Assembly (NCBI GenBank): GCA_036634775.1 | Contig: JAVWRQ010000006.1 | Span: 1,252 to 65,251 of the forward strand | Direction: 5' to 3' | Source: Clostridium sp. | GTDB lineage: Bacteria > Bacillota > Clostridia > Lachnospirales > Lachnospiraceae | Length of the DNA: 64,000 nucleotides | Shown here: positions 18,658-28,645 of the stretch, piece by piece | How the letters are laid out: every line of letters begins with the position of its first letter | Position numbering within the stretch: the stretch's first letter is position 1 | Notes under the pieces: generated by a model | The model's input: the letters and a program-made list of their open reading frames with translations, nothing else | The model's database searches: none | Told to the model about the DNA's origin: nothing | Translations under genes and position numbers: made by a program

Positions 18658-21428
18658 TCAAACATCTCGGCAATCCCATTCGCTGCCGTAATCTCAATAC
18701 TGCTTCGATCGGAAGGTGTCGTTACAACAAAGGCATGACCGCGTCCATTATTAACAATCTCATCCTGCTCTACTTCGTTAATTCCACCGGCTTTCTCATA
18801 CAGTTTACACAAATCATGCATATCGTTAGGTGCCATAGGAAAGATAAATGAATACTGGCTGGCATTAATGATAGCGGTAGACTTTCTGGCCAGATCCTCT
18901 GTACCTACAAAATCTTTCACGTTCTGTGTAATAACAATCTGCATACCGTTGTATTTACGGATTCGTTTAGCCAACTGGAACATAAAATCCAAGGCAATCG
19001 GAAACTTCTCATCGATAAAGACGTGAGCCTCATCAATTACTACGATAATCTTTCGCTTAGCGTGATACTTTGTATTATAATCACGATTCTTGATGATTTC
19101 GTTATCCAACCACTTTAAAATCAAAAGCATCTGGGCATTGGCTACGGTATTGTTCTTATTCGCCAGAAGTGACTGAAAGTTAAATACCGTGAAATTCTCC
19201 TTTACATCCAAACTGGACGGACCATTCCACAAGTGTGAGTTTCTTCCCCCTGTTGCAAATTTGGAGATGTAGTTAATCAGTGTCCTCAGATGGTTCTTCG
19301 TATAATCGCTGTCCGATGCCTGATAATCGGTCAAAAGTTTATCATATAAATCATCAAAGATTGGAAAATCTTCCGGCGATAACTGACCTAAATTAGTGCT
19401 TGCATCAATTCCTTTTTCATCGTAGACACGGATAATAATATTATTTAAAAATTCCATGGAATCTGCATCGATTCCGGGAAGTATCTGCTTTAAGTATTCT
19501 TCTAAAAATTGAAGATGTACTGCATAGCTGACATTTTCTTCCTCCTGCTGGGTATCATCATCATTCAGTGCCGTGATGATGTGAAATGGATTAATTCGTC
19601 CCTGTGTTGCACTTCCCACATCAATCCAGTTTCCGTGAAGATTCTTAGCCAGTTCGGTATACTCATTCTCTGGATCCAGGATATATATCTTGCTGTTTTC
19701 TGCTGCCAGATTCGTAAGCATCATCTTCGTTGCATAAGATTTACCTCCGCCCGACTTGCCAATGACGACCATATTACTGTTGATACGATTGCGGTCGCGA
19801 ACAAAAAAATCAATAAATACCGGAAGTCCCGACGAATTACCGATATGGAACCCGGCAAGGTCATGGAGGTGACTATATACAAATGGAAATACAGCCGCTA
19901 CTGAATTCGAGTGGATTCCTCTTGCTTTTTTTAAAAATGGATCATAACGGGACACCTGACCGCCTACAAACACCTCAAACTGTCGGAGGAACATATCGCT
20001 GGTTCGAAATGACTGCTCCGATAAATTGCGTTTGATTCGACGTCTCATATCACTTGGTGGAATGACCGTGCCTTTGGGATTCTCCTTCATCAGCTGCTGC
20101 CGTTCACTCTCCTCATAATCGTAGAGCGTAATATATATGCTCACATTAAATAATTGCTCATTATCACTTTGAAGCATTAGAAGCAGATTCTGCAGTGTAT
20201 TAATATGCCCTGCCAATTCAATCAGTCGGCTCTCTTTACTGGTGTTCGACTCTTGCCCCCGAAGTTCATCCAACGAGCGGTCAATATTACGCACCGCCTT
20301 AAAACGGTCTACCGGTGTCAGTTTCATGACTACCTTTGTATTTTCCATATTAAAGATACTGTGCCCCCAAGCGTTGCTGACCTCCGTCGGGTAATTGACT
20401 ATCTTTAAGTTATAAGTGATGATATCATCGATCTTAATCATCCGAGGTCCAAATTCCATTCGCTTTGGCATAATCCAGGTTTTGTAATCCTCCGGTTTGA
20501 TCTGATCGATCTCGCGTTCATTAAAATCTCTGGTAATATTGTATTTTAAAAATACAGCCAGTTCTTTTTCCCCCAAGACCGTAACCGGAAGACCACCACT
20601 GTCCAGCGTCTGGTATACCGAGTGAGTCAATTCACGCAGCGACTGCTTATTTTTATCACAGATAACAAGATAGTGGAAAGAGTCATATACCTTCTCATCC
20701 AAGTTAATCGATTCAATTTCCATGATTCGATCATAGATGATTTCCACACGGGTACTCAGCTCTTCTTCATTGATAATACTGTTCAAAAATGCTTCTTTTA
20801 GTTCTTCCATCTTGCCGAATTCACTTTGTATGGTAGCATCATAGATAATTGGCCGATCGATCTTAATGATAGACGCGCCCCGTCCGGCACCGGTAATCGT
20901 GCGCAGTGCGCTGCCAAATACCCGTTCAATCATGGCATCCTGACGTCTTTCCGACAGAAATCGGAACTCTACGGGTGCGATCGATATGACCGATGCACTA
21001 TATGCATCACCGTATTGAATTTGTTCCCCTTCAATCCCGGTAAAAGCCATGATATCCTCAATATTTACACCTTGCGATTGATTCTTTCCAACCCTTTTTC
21101 CGTCTGATTTCTTCCCATGTTTCTTTTTATCCTGCGGTTCATCTCCCTGCTCTAATGGAATCTTCTTGTTGTTATCCACCACTCTGGGATGTGCCAGGTA
21201 ACGCAATACATACAGCACCACTTCATAGTTCTTATCTTCATCAATTGGTGCTAAAAGTACAGCAAAGATAATAATCAGCGCTGTAATGATAGGGAGTTTG
21301 AAAGGAACTGTGGACATAATAATCAACGCAACCAAGGAAAGTCCGATAAAGCCGATCAGCATATTAATTATGTCAATGCCTTTAAAGAACTCTATGGTGA
21401 CTTTTGTCTTTTTGGGTATAATTCTCAT
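18654..21428 (-). CDS. virB4: VirB4-family T4SS ATPase with fused N-terminal VirB3/PrgI-like two-TM module
   Basis: Walker A VIGKSGGGKS, Walker B IIVVIDEAH, RIRKYNG...ITQN and DPENEY motifs. N-terminus MRIIPKKTKVTIEFFKG followed by two TM helices. Confidence 0.9.
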   Translation of the reverse strand: MRIIPKKTKVTIEFFKGIDIINMLIGFIGLSLVALIIMSTVPFKLPIITALIIIFAVLLAPIDEDKNYEVVLYVLRYLAHPRVVDNNKKIPLEQGDEPQDKKKHGKKSDGKRVGKNQSQGVNIEDIMAFTGIEGEQIQYGDAYSASVISIAPVEFRFLSERRQDAMIERVFGSALRTITGAGRGASIIKIDRPIIYDATIQSEFGKMEELKEAFLNSIINEEELSTRVEIIYDRIMEIESINLDEKVYDSFHYLVICDKNKQSLRELTHSVYQTLDSGGLPVTVLGEKELAVFLKYNITRDFNEREIDQIKPEDYKTWIMPKRMEFGPRMIKIDDIITYNLKIVNYPTEVSNAWGHSIFNMENTKVVMKLTPVDRFKAVRNIDRSLDELRGQESNTSKESRLIELAGHINTLQNLLLMLQSDNEQLFNVSIYITLYDYEESERQQLMKENPKGTVIPPSDMRRRIKRNLSEQSFRTSDMFLRQFEVFVGGQVSRYDPFLKKARGIHSNSVAAVFPFVYSHLHDLAGFHIGNSSGLPVFIDFFVRDRNRINSNMVVIGKSGGGKSYATKMMLTNLAAENSKIYILDPENEYTELAKNLHGNWIDVGSATQGRINPFHIITALNDDDTQQEEENVSYAVHLQFLEEYLKQILPGIDADSMEFLNNIIIRVYDEKGIDASTNLGQLSPEDFPIFDDLYDKLLTDYQASDSDYTKNHLRTLINYISKFATGGRNSHLWNGPSSLDVKENFTVFNFQSLLANKNNTVANAQMLLILKWLDNEIIKNRDYNTKYHAKRKIIVVIDEAHVFIDEKFPIALDFMFQLAKRIRKYNGMQIVITQNVKDFVGTEDLARKSTAIINASQYSFIFPMAPNDMHDLCKLYEKAGGINEVEQDEIVNNGRGHAFVVTTPSDRSSIEITAANGIAEMFE

Positions 21429-23266
21429 TTTTCCACCTCTTTATTGGATTGTTTGGGAGAAACCGGCTTGATATGGGATGCTTTGTTCGCTGACTCCACG
21501 CCCCGTTCAACTCCCCGCTCTACCGCTTTCCCCAATTCTGCTCCCGCACCTTTGGCTGTTTTCTTGTCATAAGTACTTCGGATAGAACCTAGCTGCTGAC
21601 CATAACCTTCCTGCATGCTCTTGTATGAATGTTCTGCCTTTAGACTCATCATGTTGGACTTATCGCTGATATCTTGTACCGCGCCGGATGCTTTCTTTGT
21701 AATTTTCTTTGCTCCATGTTCCAGACGATAAGTTAATCCACGCTTTCCATTCAAGGAATCATACTTGCTCTTTACGCCCTTAAGTCTCACATCTTTATTT
21801 AGTTTAAAGCCACTTTTGCTGGTAATCCTGCCCTGAGTATCTTTACCCTCTCCCGGTCTGGAACCGATTCCTGCTTTGGTTGCACGATCCAGTGCCTTTT
21901 CATGCTGTCGTTCATTCATCGTACGCAGTTTTGTCGCTTTCTCTGTATCTCCCCGCGATTCCATATACTGCGCTTTTTGCTCATTACTCTTATATTCGCG
22001 TTCACTCTTTACAAATGCGTTGCCTTCTTTTTTTATCTTACGCGTATCGGTTCGCGCTCCATGAGTTGCCATACGATGTTTTGCCATACCAAGCCCCCCC
22101 ATGACAGCTCCGGTCATCATCGCACCGGTCTGATGCGCAGTTGTCTGTTCGGATATACCGGCCTGTGAATCTACGATGGAGGTCAGCACTGAACCGCCGT
22201 TTTTGACCGCCATAATCGCACCCAGCATGAACAATAATTTTGTCAATGCCAGATATGCCCTCTGTCCCGTACTACTTGTATCGACCACACCCGGCAGCAG
22301 GTTAATAGTTCCTCTGCTGATCATCGGAACCAAAATTAGAAACAGGTTCAATAAGACTAAAGTTCCGATTCCGGTTATCGCTTTTGCGATAAACATATTC
22401 TTCCACTTCTGGAACCGTTCCCCCCCATCTATAGTCATAGTGGCCACAAAGAAGGGCGAGGCCAGATATAAAAGAAGCATCTCGAACATCCTCTGGATAA
22501 ATATAAAGCAGATTCCGGCCAAATTCCAAATCATGAAAATCGAGCAAATATACGCCGTAACATAGTCGATTTTAGAAAGATCCGCCTGACGTTTCACCGT
22601 CTCCGCATTTTCCCATGCTTTCGGACTCAGATTATTTCCCGCATCCATTGTACAGGCTAAAAACAATTCATCCGCGACCGAATTGGTCCCCCCCGAAGGA
22701 GCCGTGGCTCTATAAACTGAGGTCACCATCGCGTCGCTCAACTGAAATCCGGCTATACACATCGCCGGAACGATCAGAAATGCTATGGCACTTTTAAAAC
22801 AGGAATTCAGTACCACTCCAATCGGTCTTTTATTATCCGGCTCTAAGTCAAACATCGAGCGGCTCAGAGCTATAAATGCAAAGACAAATGCAACGAGCAC
22901 ACCCAGAACCGTCATATATTTGATCGCACGGGCTATGATGCCATCGCCAAAGACCAGAATGGACAAGATGCTCCAATCTTTGCCCCCATATGTAACCGGC
23001 TGCGCTCCTGCGAATATCTTGGCGGCTCTTTCAATCGTCTCAATTAGCATCAAAAACTTCTGAAATATATAGAAAAACACGCCGGACATTGCGCTTTTTA
23101 CAGCTTCTATGATGGCGGTCGCTATCGGATCCAGAATTGCCTTAAAGATAGGACCGAATATGGACTGGAACAGCCAGGAAATTGCCTTGCCAATTCCGCC
23201 AAATATCCATTCTGCAATTTTGTCAAAAATGCCCAAATAAGTATACATATATTGTCCGGTTCCCAT
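21425..23266 (-). CDS. VirB6-like polytopic T4SS membrane protein with long basic cytoplasmic tail
   Basis: Multiple TMs; FIQRMFEMLLLYLASPFFVATM..DGGERFQKWKNMF signature; ~250-aa charged tail; stop overlaps the virB4 start. Confidence 0.75.
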   Translation of the reverse strand: MGTGQYMYTYLGIFDKIAEWIFGGIGKAISWLFQSIFGPIFKAILDPIATAIIEAVKSAMSGVFFYIFQKFLMLIETIERAAKIFAGAQPVTYGGKDWSILSILVFGDGIIARAIKYMTVLGVLVAFVFAFIALSRSMFDLEPDNKRPIGVVLNSCFKSAIAFLIVPAMCIAGFQLSDAMVTSVYRATAPSGGTNSVADELFLACTMDAGNNLSPKAWENAETVKRQADLSKIDYVTAYICSIFMIWNLAGICFIFIQRMFEMLLLYLASPFFVATMTIDGGERFQKWKNMFIAKAITGIGTLVLLNLFLILVPMISRGTINLLPGVVDTSSTGQRAYLALTKLLFMLGAIMAVKNGGSVLTSIVDSQAGISEQTTAHQTGAMMTGAVMGGLGMAKHRMATHGARTDTRKIKKEGNAFVKSEREYKSNEQKAQYMESRGDTEKATKLRTMNERQHEKALDRATKAGIGSRPGEGKDTQGRITSKSGFKLNKDVRLKGVKSKYDSLNGKRGLTYRLEHGAKKITKKASGAVQDISDKSNMMSLKAEHSYKSMQEGYGQQLGSIRSTYDKKTAKGAGAELGKAVERGVERGVESANKASHIKPVSPKQSNKEVEK

Positions 23267-23281
23267 GCATGTCCCCCCTTT

Positions 23282-24526
23282 TTATTTTTTCATGCCCCGA
23301 AAAGCCTGACCGGCACCGCCAACGGCAGCCCTGGCTGTCATAGCAACAGCCGTTAAGCTTCCCATCGCCGATTCACTGGACTGCGCTGCCTGTGGACTGA
23401 TAATCTGTAAAATCAAACTCTGGCTCTTCTTTACAGCCAGGCAACTTCCCAAAATCAAGAGCAGACGAATGAGATAGTTGATGGTTGTATTTGTATCATA
23501 TGTAATCTCCGACATGAAAATCGGTAGAAATATGGTAAATAGTCTCATCACTACCACAATTCCATAACTGCCCAGACACTTCGCTATAAACATCTCTCTC
23601 CATGACGCAAATCGACTTCCACCGTCCAGTGGCATCGATGCTACAAAGAACGGCGACATAACATAGAGCAGTATCACTTCGAACAGTCGTTGGATAAATA
23701 GGAATACGGCACTGAACATGACAAAGATCAAAAAAAGGCAGCAGATATATCCGGTTATATAATCCACCTTGGTAGCATGGAAATCATTCCGAAGTGCCGC
23801 ATCTCCTCCAAAATTCTTAGCCCCGGTATAGTAAGCGTTCCATGGTGCCTTGTTTATGGGTTGTTCTCCTCCTGCCTGCGGTGCTTTCGCCGCCTGCAGC
23901 GTCGTCGATACGAACACAACGTTCGCGATCCGGACACCGCCCTGTCTCATCGTTCCGGTAGCAGACATCTGGACACTGCGATCAATGACCGTCAGCAGAC
24001 GATTACTGATTTCCACGGTTCCAATCACAAGTGCCTGCACCATAATAAATGTGAGCATAGCTTTACCAAAATCACGGATAATATCATTGACCTTTTTACC
24101 GGAATCGCTATAATTTCCCGCTGCTTTGATACATGCAATAATCGTAAATATCCCACAGAGAAGAACACTGATTGCAAATACGCCAACAAATGCCTTCCTC
24201 ACAGGACCATAATTCATAAAGAAACTCAACAGATAGTCCTCGATACCTGAGCTCTGTGTAACCGCTCCCACAACTTTACTCGAACCGGAGAGGTAATCAA
24301 ACAGCGTCTGTGAAAAATCTACCATTGACAGAAGAGTCGTATATATCATATAGAATACACCCGACAGCAGATTAACGATCATATCTCCCAGCAGACCTAA
24401 AAAAGCAGAAAATATTGGATCTAAAATCTTGACCAGTGCATCAATAATCGGTTTTAACAGATGGTCGCTGATCCATTTGATAAAATTGAACCCCAGCGGC
24501 ACCATGTAAGCATACTCAGTCCCCAT
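23282..24526 (-). CDS. Second VirB6-like polytopic T4SS membrane protein
   Basis: FIQRLFEVILLYVMSPFFVASM.LDGGSRFASWREMF, paralogous to 21425..23266. Confidence 0.75.
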   Translation of the reverse strand: MGTEYAYMVPLGFNFIKWISDHLLKPIIDALVKILDPIFSAFLGLLGDMIVNLLSGVFYMIYTTLLSMVDFSQTLFDYLSGSSKVVGAVTQSSGIEDYLLSFFMNYGPVRKAFVGVFAISVLLCGIFTIIACIKAAGNYSDSGKKVNDIIRDFGKAMLTFIMVQALVIGTVEISNRLLTVIDRSVQMSATGTMRQGGVRIANVVFVSTTLQAAKAPQAGGEQPINKAPWNAYYTGAKNFGGDAALRNDFHATKVDYITGYICCLFLIFVMFSAVFLFIQRLFEVILLYVMSPFFVASMPLDGGSRFASWREMFIAKCLGSYGIVVVMRLFTIFLPIFMSEITYDTNTTINYLIRLLLILGSCLAVKKSQSLILQIISPQAAQSSESAMGSLTAVAMTARAAVGGAGQAFRGMKK

Positions 24527-24540
24527 ATTTTGTCACCCCT

Positions 24541-26646
24541 CTATCGTACTTTCATCTGCTCCCTGTTACTGATATAGAATGCAATCAGACCGCCTATAAT
24601 AACAATCACAATCGCGCAGAGTATAATCGTAATCATGTTGAGATGGAATGATATCTTGCTATGATATTCGTTGCGGTTACCGGCAGCATCTTCTACGCTA
24701 ATGGTGTAATTACCGGAATCAGTCAGAGTATTGCCTATCGTCCTTACTGTTTTCTTGCCCCTTAACACAGTAATCACTGCATTTTCATCATCACATGTAT
24801 AAGAAAATGACTTGGCAATCGCTTTTCCATTCTCATCCAAACCCTCAAACGTAAGTTCCGGTGCTTGGGTATCCTTAATCACTACAGTAAATAATTCCGG
24901 GAAGTCTTTGGACTTGCCGCTCATAATAAAACTGTAGGTACCATCTTCGGTCAGGTCATAGGAGGCGGCATTTAACTGCGTCGCCTGATCTCCATCGATA
25001 TCTACGCTGGAAATTATATAACCTTCCGGTGCGGTAAACTGTGTCACATCATTCACTGCATGAAGTAGGATCCTAAATGGCAGTTCTATCTTCTCGCCGG
25101 CCTCATTCTCCGCAGCTATTACGTATGAGCCATGGTCGATTGCCTGCATCCCACTCTGATAATCCACCGTAGCAGCACCGTCTTTCGTCACAGTCGCCTT
25201 AACGCCTGTGGGGAGTTCGGCGTAAACAGCTTCATTCACCATAGTGTTCGTAGGTACATTTAAATAAATCTCAGTGCCATCGGGAAATAGGTACCGATAC
25301 ATCTCTTTTTCTTTATCATACATCTTATTGTCTATATTATCCTGCCCATTTACATCGGTTCCGGATGCATTTGCTTCGTTCGCTTCCGGCAGATCGGTAG
25401 TTGATTCCACCGTAGATTCCGGCAGCATTTCTTCTGTATTCACTGCACTGCTCAACTGTGCTGCTGCATCTGGTGAAAGTGCTGGTGCAACTCCTTTTTG
25501 AATACGGAATCGCATAGAACTGTCTCGCACTTCCGTGATACCATCTTTTACATCGCTTACCGATAGATTCAGCAGGTAAGATCCTTCTTCGTTAATCGGA
25601 ATCTTATTAAGGAATGTAGCCGCTACACCATCTTTAGTCATCGAAATTTGAACATTCGCCGGAATATCCAGATAGACGTTGCCGCCCGATATGCTTCCGG
25701 CCGCCACATTACTGTAAAAAACAACACCATTAGAAAATGCCTCTTCATACAGTCCGGCATTCTCATAGTAGTTTTCCGACAGATTTTCTACTAATACCTG
25801 TCTCTTGCTGTCCTTCGCATCTGAACCGCCGTTTCCACCTCCGCTAAAAGCAGAGCTAACTGCAGAGCCAATCGCACCGGCTGCGTTATCGCTCTCTTTT
25901 ACAGGAATCGTAAAGGATAAGAATGATTCATAATAGACCGGACACGGATTGGCCGAACCATAACTTTCCGCAAAAATCTTCAGTGAATACTGTCCCGGTG
26001 TATCCAGTTCTACCCGATTAATCAGTTGAACCGGTGCACCATCCCTGGTCAGTACACAGCCAACATTACCGGGAATATAGAAACAAGCGGTCTCTACGGT
26101 ACTATTGTCTTTGGACACAGTTGAAAAAAAGCTCTTATAGTTAGGCAGAGTATAATGATACCAGCCGTCTTTTTCTGTATCACTCACCACATCGGTTCCA
26201 CATGCTATCTTAGGATGTGGATATTCACCTGTATCGGCAAGGCCGGCAGGCTGCCCTAACAGACGAAATGAAAATACCGCTGTCTCGTTCACGGTCTTTC
26301 CTACCATCGGTGCCTCAATGGTAAGGATGTAGTAACCGGGTTCATACAAAAATCCATCATTTGAAAGCGGCATCCTAACACCATCTCGCTCCAATGTTCC
26401 ATTCATACTTCCACCCAATGCAATATAGGCGGCATCGTACATCTGTCCGCCATTGGGGATATTCGTAATAAAACGTCTGCCGCCTGCGAACTGTTCTTCA
26501 TAAAGCCCCATCTCCCGGTTATAAGTCTCCTTAAGTTGAACATAGGAGTTGCTGGGTCCTTCTTTTTCTGCTCCATATACATTTCCCGCCAAACAGAGAC
26601 ATAAAGTCAGACAAGCGGTCAGCGAAATGATTCCCCTCTTTTTCAT
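24541..26646 (-). CDS. Surface protein: signal peptide, about four internal repeats plus Ig-like domains, C-terminal TM and tail ending QMKVR
   Basis: Signal MKKRGIISLTACLTLCLCLAGNVYG. Repeats of F.(T/S)N(I/V)...(L/V)T(R/K)DG......G.Y.L.I. DTQAPEL motif. Confidence 0.8.
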   Translation of the reverse strand: MKKRGIISLTACLTLCLCLAGNVYGAEKEGPSNSYVQLKETYNREMGLYEEQFAGGRRFITNIPNGGQMYDAAYIALGGSMNGTLERDGVRMPLSNDGFLYEPGYYILTIEAPMVGKTVNETAVFSFRLLGQPAGLADTGEYPHPKIACGTDVVSDTEKDGWYHYTLPNYKSFFSTVSKDNSTVETACFYIPGNVGCVLTRDGAPVQLINRVELDTPGQYSLKIFAESYGSANPCPVYYESFLSFTIPVKESDNAAGAIGSAVSSAFSGGGNGGSDAKDSKRQVLVENLSENYYENAGLYEEAFSNGVVFYSNVAAGSISGGNVYLDIPANVQISMTKDGVAATFLNKIPINEEGSYLLNLSVSDVKDGITEVRDSSMRFRIQKGVAPALSPDAAAQLSSAVNTEEMLPESTVESTTDLPEANEANASGTDVNGQDNIDNKMYDKEKEMYRYLFPDGTEIYLNVPTNTMVNEAVYAELPTGVKATVTKDGAATVDYQSGMQAIDHGSYVIAAENEAGEKIELPFRILLHAVNDVTQFTAPEGYIISSVDIDGDQATQLNAASYDLTEDGTYSFIMSGKSKDFPELFTVVIKDTQAPELTFEGLDENGKAIAKSFSYTCDDENAVITVLRGKKTVRTIGNTLTDSGNYTISVEDAAGNRNEYHSKISFHLNMITIILCAIVIVIIGGLIAFYISNREQMKVR

Positions 26647-28643
26647 GCTCTTTCCCCACTTTCCTTTTGTGTATCCAATACCGCTCGATTGCGCTCGCAG
26701 AGATCATAATAGACCTCATCGCCAAAAAATGCATTATGCTGTGTTTCAGTCAAATTCATCGCACCGGTCTTATACAGCGGACATTGATAACTTGGTGTAA
26801 ATTTTGTTCGCAGCGGATAGTTACCAAATGTCACAATAATGGAATTACCGGTGCTCTGTGAGTTATTCAGTTTCTGCAGTTCAGATGGATAGATTAATGG
26901 TCTCGTCTGCAGCTGGCTGGACACGGATATTTCTTTATTGCCTCCGCCATCGGAAACACTGGATGTCGTAACCGTCATATTACCGCAAAGCTCTGAGAAC
27001 TCCTTACAGGTCTCTATATCATTTGAACCGATAAACATCTTCATACCGCAGTTGCTCTTAATAATGTTCGCCACAGTATCTCCATAAACATTGTTCAACT
27101 GCGCATAGGACTGAACAACCATGTTGAACCAGATCTTACGGCTGCGGCCTACTGTAATCATCTTATCAAACTTACTAATCTGAGGCATATTACCGAACTC
27201 ATCCAGAATAAAGTACACATTCCTTGGAAGCGATAAATCTTCTCTTGTAGAAGCTTTCTTAATCAAGGCCTTATAGATACAAAGAATAAATGCAGAAGCC
27301 AGCGCATGTCTCGTATCTTTCTCATCCGGTATCTTCATAAACAATACCGTCTTCTGATCGGCAAATGAATTGGGATCGATATCCGTAGCACTGGTCAGTG
27401 CACACAGTCCCTCGTCATTAAACATATTCATCTTATCAAATGCAATGGACATATAACTGGACAGTGTACTGTCGGCTGCTGAAAGTACCTGTCGGCTCAA
27501 GGTCACGCAGCGAGAGGTCATCGGTCGTCCGGCAAAGTAATTCTTCAGCTCTGCAAAGTTGTTATCCGAGTTAGACATCGCCTTATTCAAATTATAGAAA
27601 TTGAATTTTTCTTTTGTCATGCCCAGGTTCGGATTCTCGCTGTCTTCCAACATCGCCAGTAAGGTAGCCAGCATGATAGAACGTGCCCCTTTTTCCCATA
27701 CCGGATCATCTTTGGATTCAATCGGACACAAAACACTGACTAAATCGTTCAGATCTTCATATAATTCATCATATATTTTTTGCTTTTTAGTTTTTATGAT
27801 AGTAATCAGTTCCCGGCGCTCTGCATATCCTCTTCCCTGATATTCAAACCACTCCACTCCAAATTTTTCCAAATCATTCTGAAGTTCCAGTCCGGAGTTT
27901 TCCGGTGCGTCGTTTCTTACAAAAATCCCCTTACCTGCTGCTATGTATGTCTGATACCGATCATATATGTCAGTCAATGGATTCCAGCGGTAGGATTCAT
28001 AAGTATCCCTCAGATCCAGTACCATCACGTGGTACCCCCGCGCTGTCAGGAATCCGGAGTGAAACTGAAACAACTCTCCCTTTGGGTCTGTGATAATCAT
28101 CGAAGAACCTGCCTCTGAAGCGGCCAGAATCTGTATCATAGGATTGATAAACGTCGTTGTCTTACCACTTCCGGTGGAGCCGATGATCAATGCATGCATA
28201 GGAGATGCCAGGTTCACCGAAAGTCCCTTCTTCTTATCATAGAGGGCGCGAACCGGAATTCCGTCCTTCTTCCGTTCCTGAGACTTGGAGAAACCATAGC
28301 CGGGAAATATCGAATCCCGCTCTTTATCTGTCATGAACCGGGAATTCTCCAACACCGAATCGATGGCTTTGGCCTTCCCTTTCATCATCCTTCTTGCTCT
28401 TTTACCATTCTGATTAGAGAATAATTCATAACTTAAAATCCCTGCGATTGCCAGACCAAAACCATATCCATAGGTCTTCGCATCAGCTAAAAGTGACCAC
28501 GATAACACGGATACTGTCTTACCGTCTAACACCGCTGTCAGATAGTTCATCGTGCCATTCGACACTACGCCCAGAATCACAGAAATAATGATAAATAGTA
28601 CACCATATAACAGTACTTTTTTTCCTATTCCCTTCATATTCAT
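26643..28643 (-). CDS. virD4: VirD4/TraG-like type IV coupling protein
   Basis: Two N-terminal TMs, Walker A IIGSTGSGKTT, MIITDPKGEL, RWNPL, Walker B FILDEFGN, GRSRKI....VQSYAQL. Confidence 0.92.
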   Translation of the reverse strand: MNMKGIGKKVLLYGVLFIIISVILGVVSNGTMNYLTAVLDGKTVSVLSWSLLADAKTYGYGFGLAIAGILSYELFSNQNGKRARRMMKGKAKAIDSVLENSRFMTDKERDSIFPGYGFSKSQERKKDGIPVRALYDKKKGLSVNLASPMHALIIGSTGSGKTTTFINPMIQILAASEAGSSMIITDPKGELFQFHSGFLTARGYHVMVLDLRDTYESYRWNPLTDIYDRYQTYIAAGKGIFVRNDAPENSGLELQNDLEKFGVEWFEYQGRGYAERRELITIIKTKKQKIYDELYEDLNDLVSVLCPIESKDDPVWEKGARSIMLATLLAMLEDSENPNLGMTKEKFNFYNLNKAMSNSDNNFAELKNYFAGRPMTSRCVTLSRQVLSAADSTLSSYMSIAFDKMNMFNDEGLCALTSATDIDPNSFADQKTVLFMKIPDEKDTRHALASAFILCIYKALIKKASTREDLSLPRNVYFILDEFGNMPQISKFDKMITVGRSRKIWFNMVVQSYAQLNNVYGDTVANIIKSNCGMKMFIGSNDIETCKEFSELCGNMTVTTSSVSDGGGNKEISVSSQLQTRPLIYPSELQKLNNSQSTGNSIIVTFGNYPLRTKFTPSYQCPLYKTGAMNLTETQHNAFFGDEVYYDLCERNRAVLDTQKESGERA

Positions 28644-28645
28644 CC

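Noticed and set aside
21425-24526. LG-F / LG-IF at the VirB6-like N-termini as type IV prepilin cleavage sites
   Set aside because: No basic leader, no Glu at +5 and no prepilin peptidase nearby.
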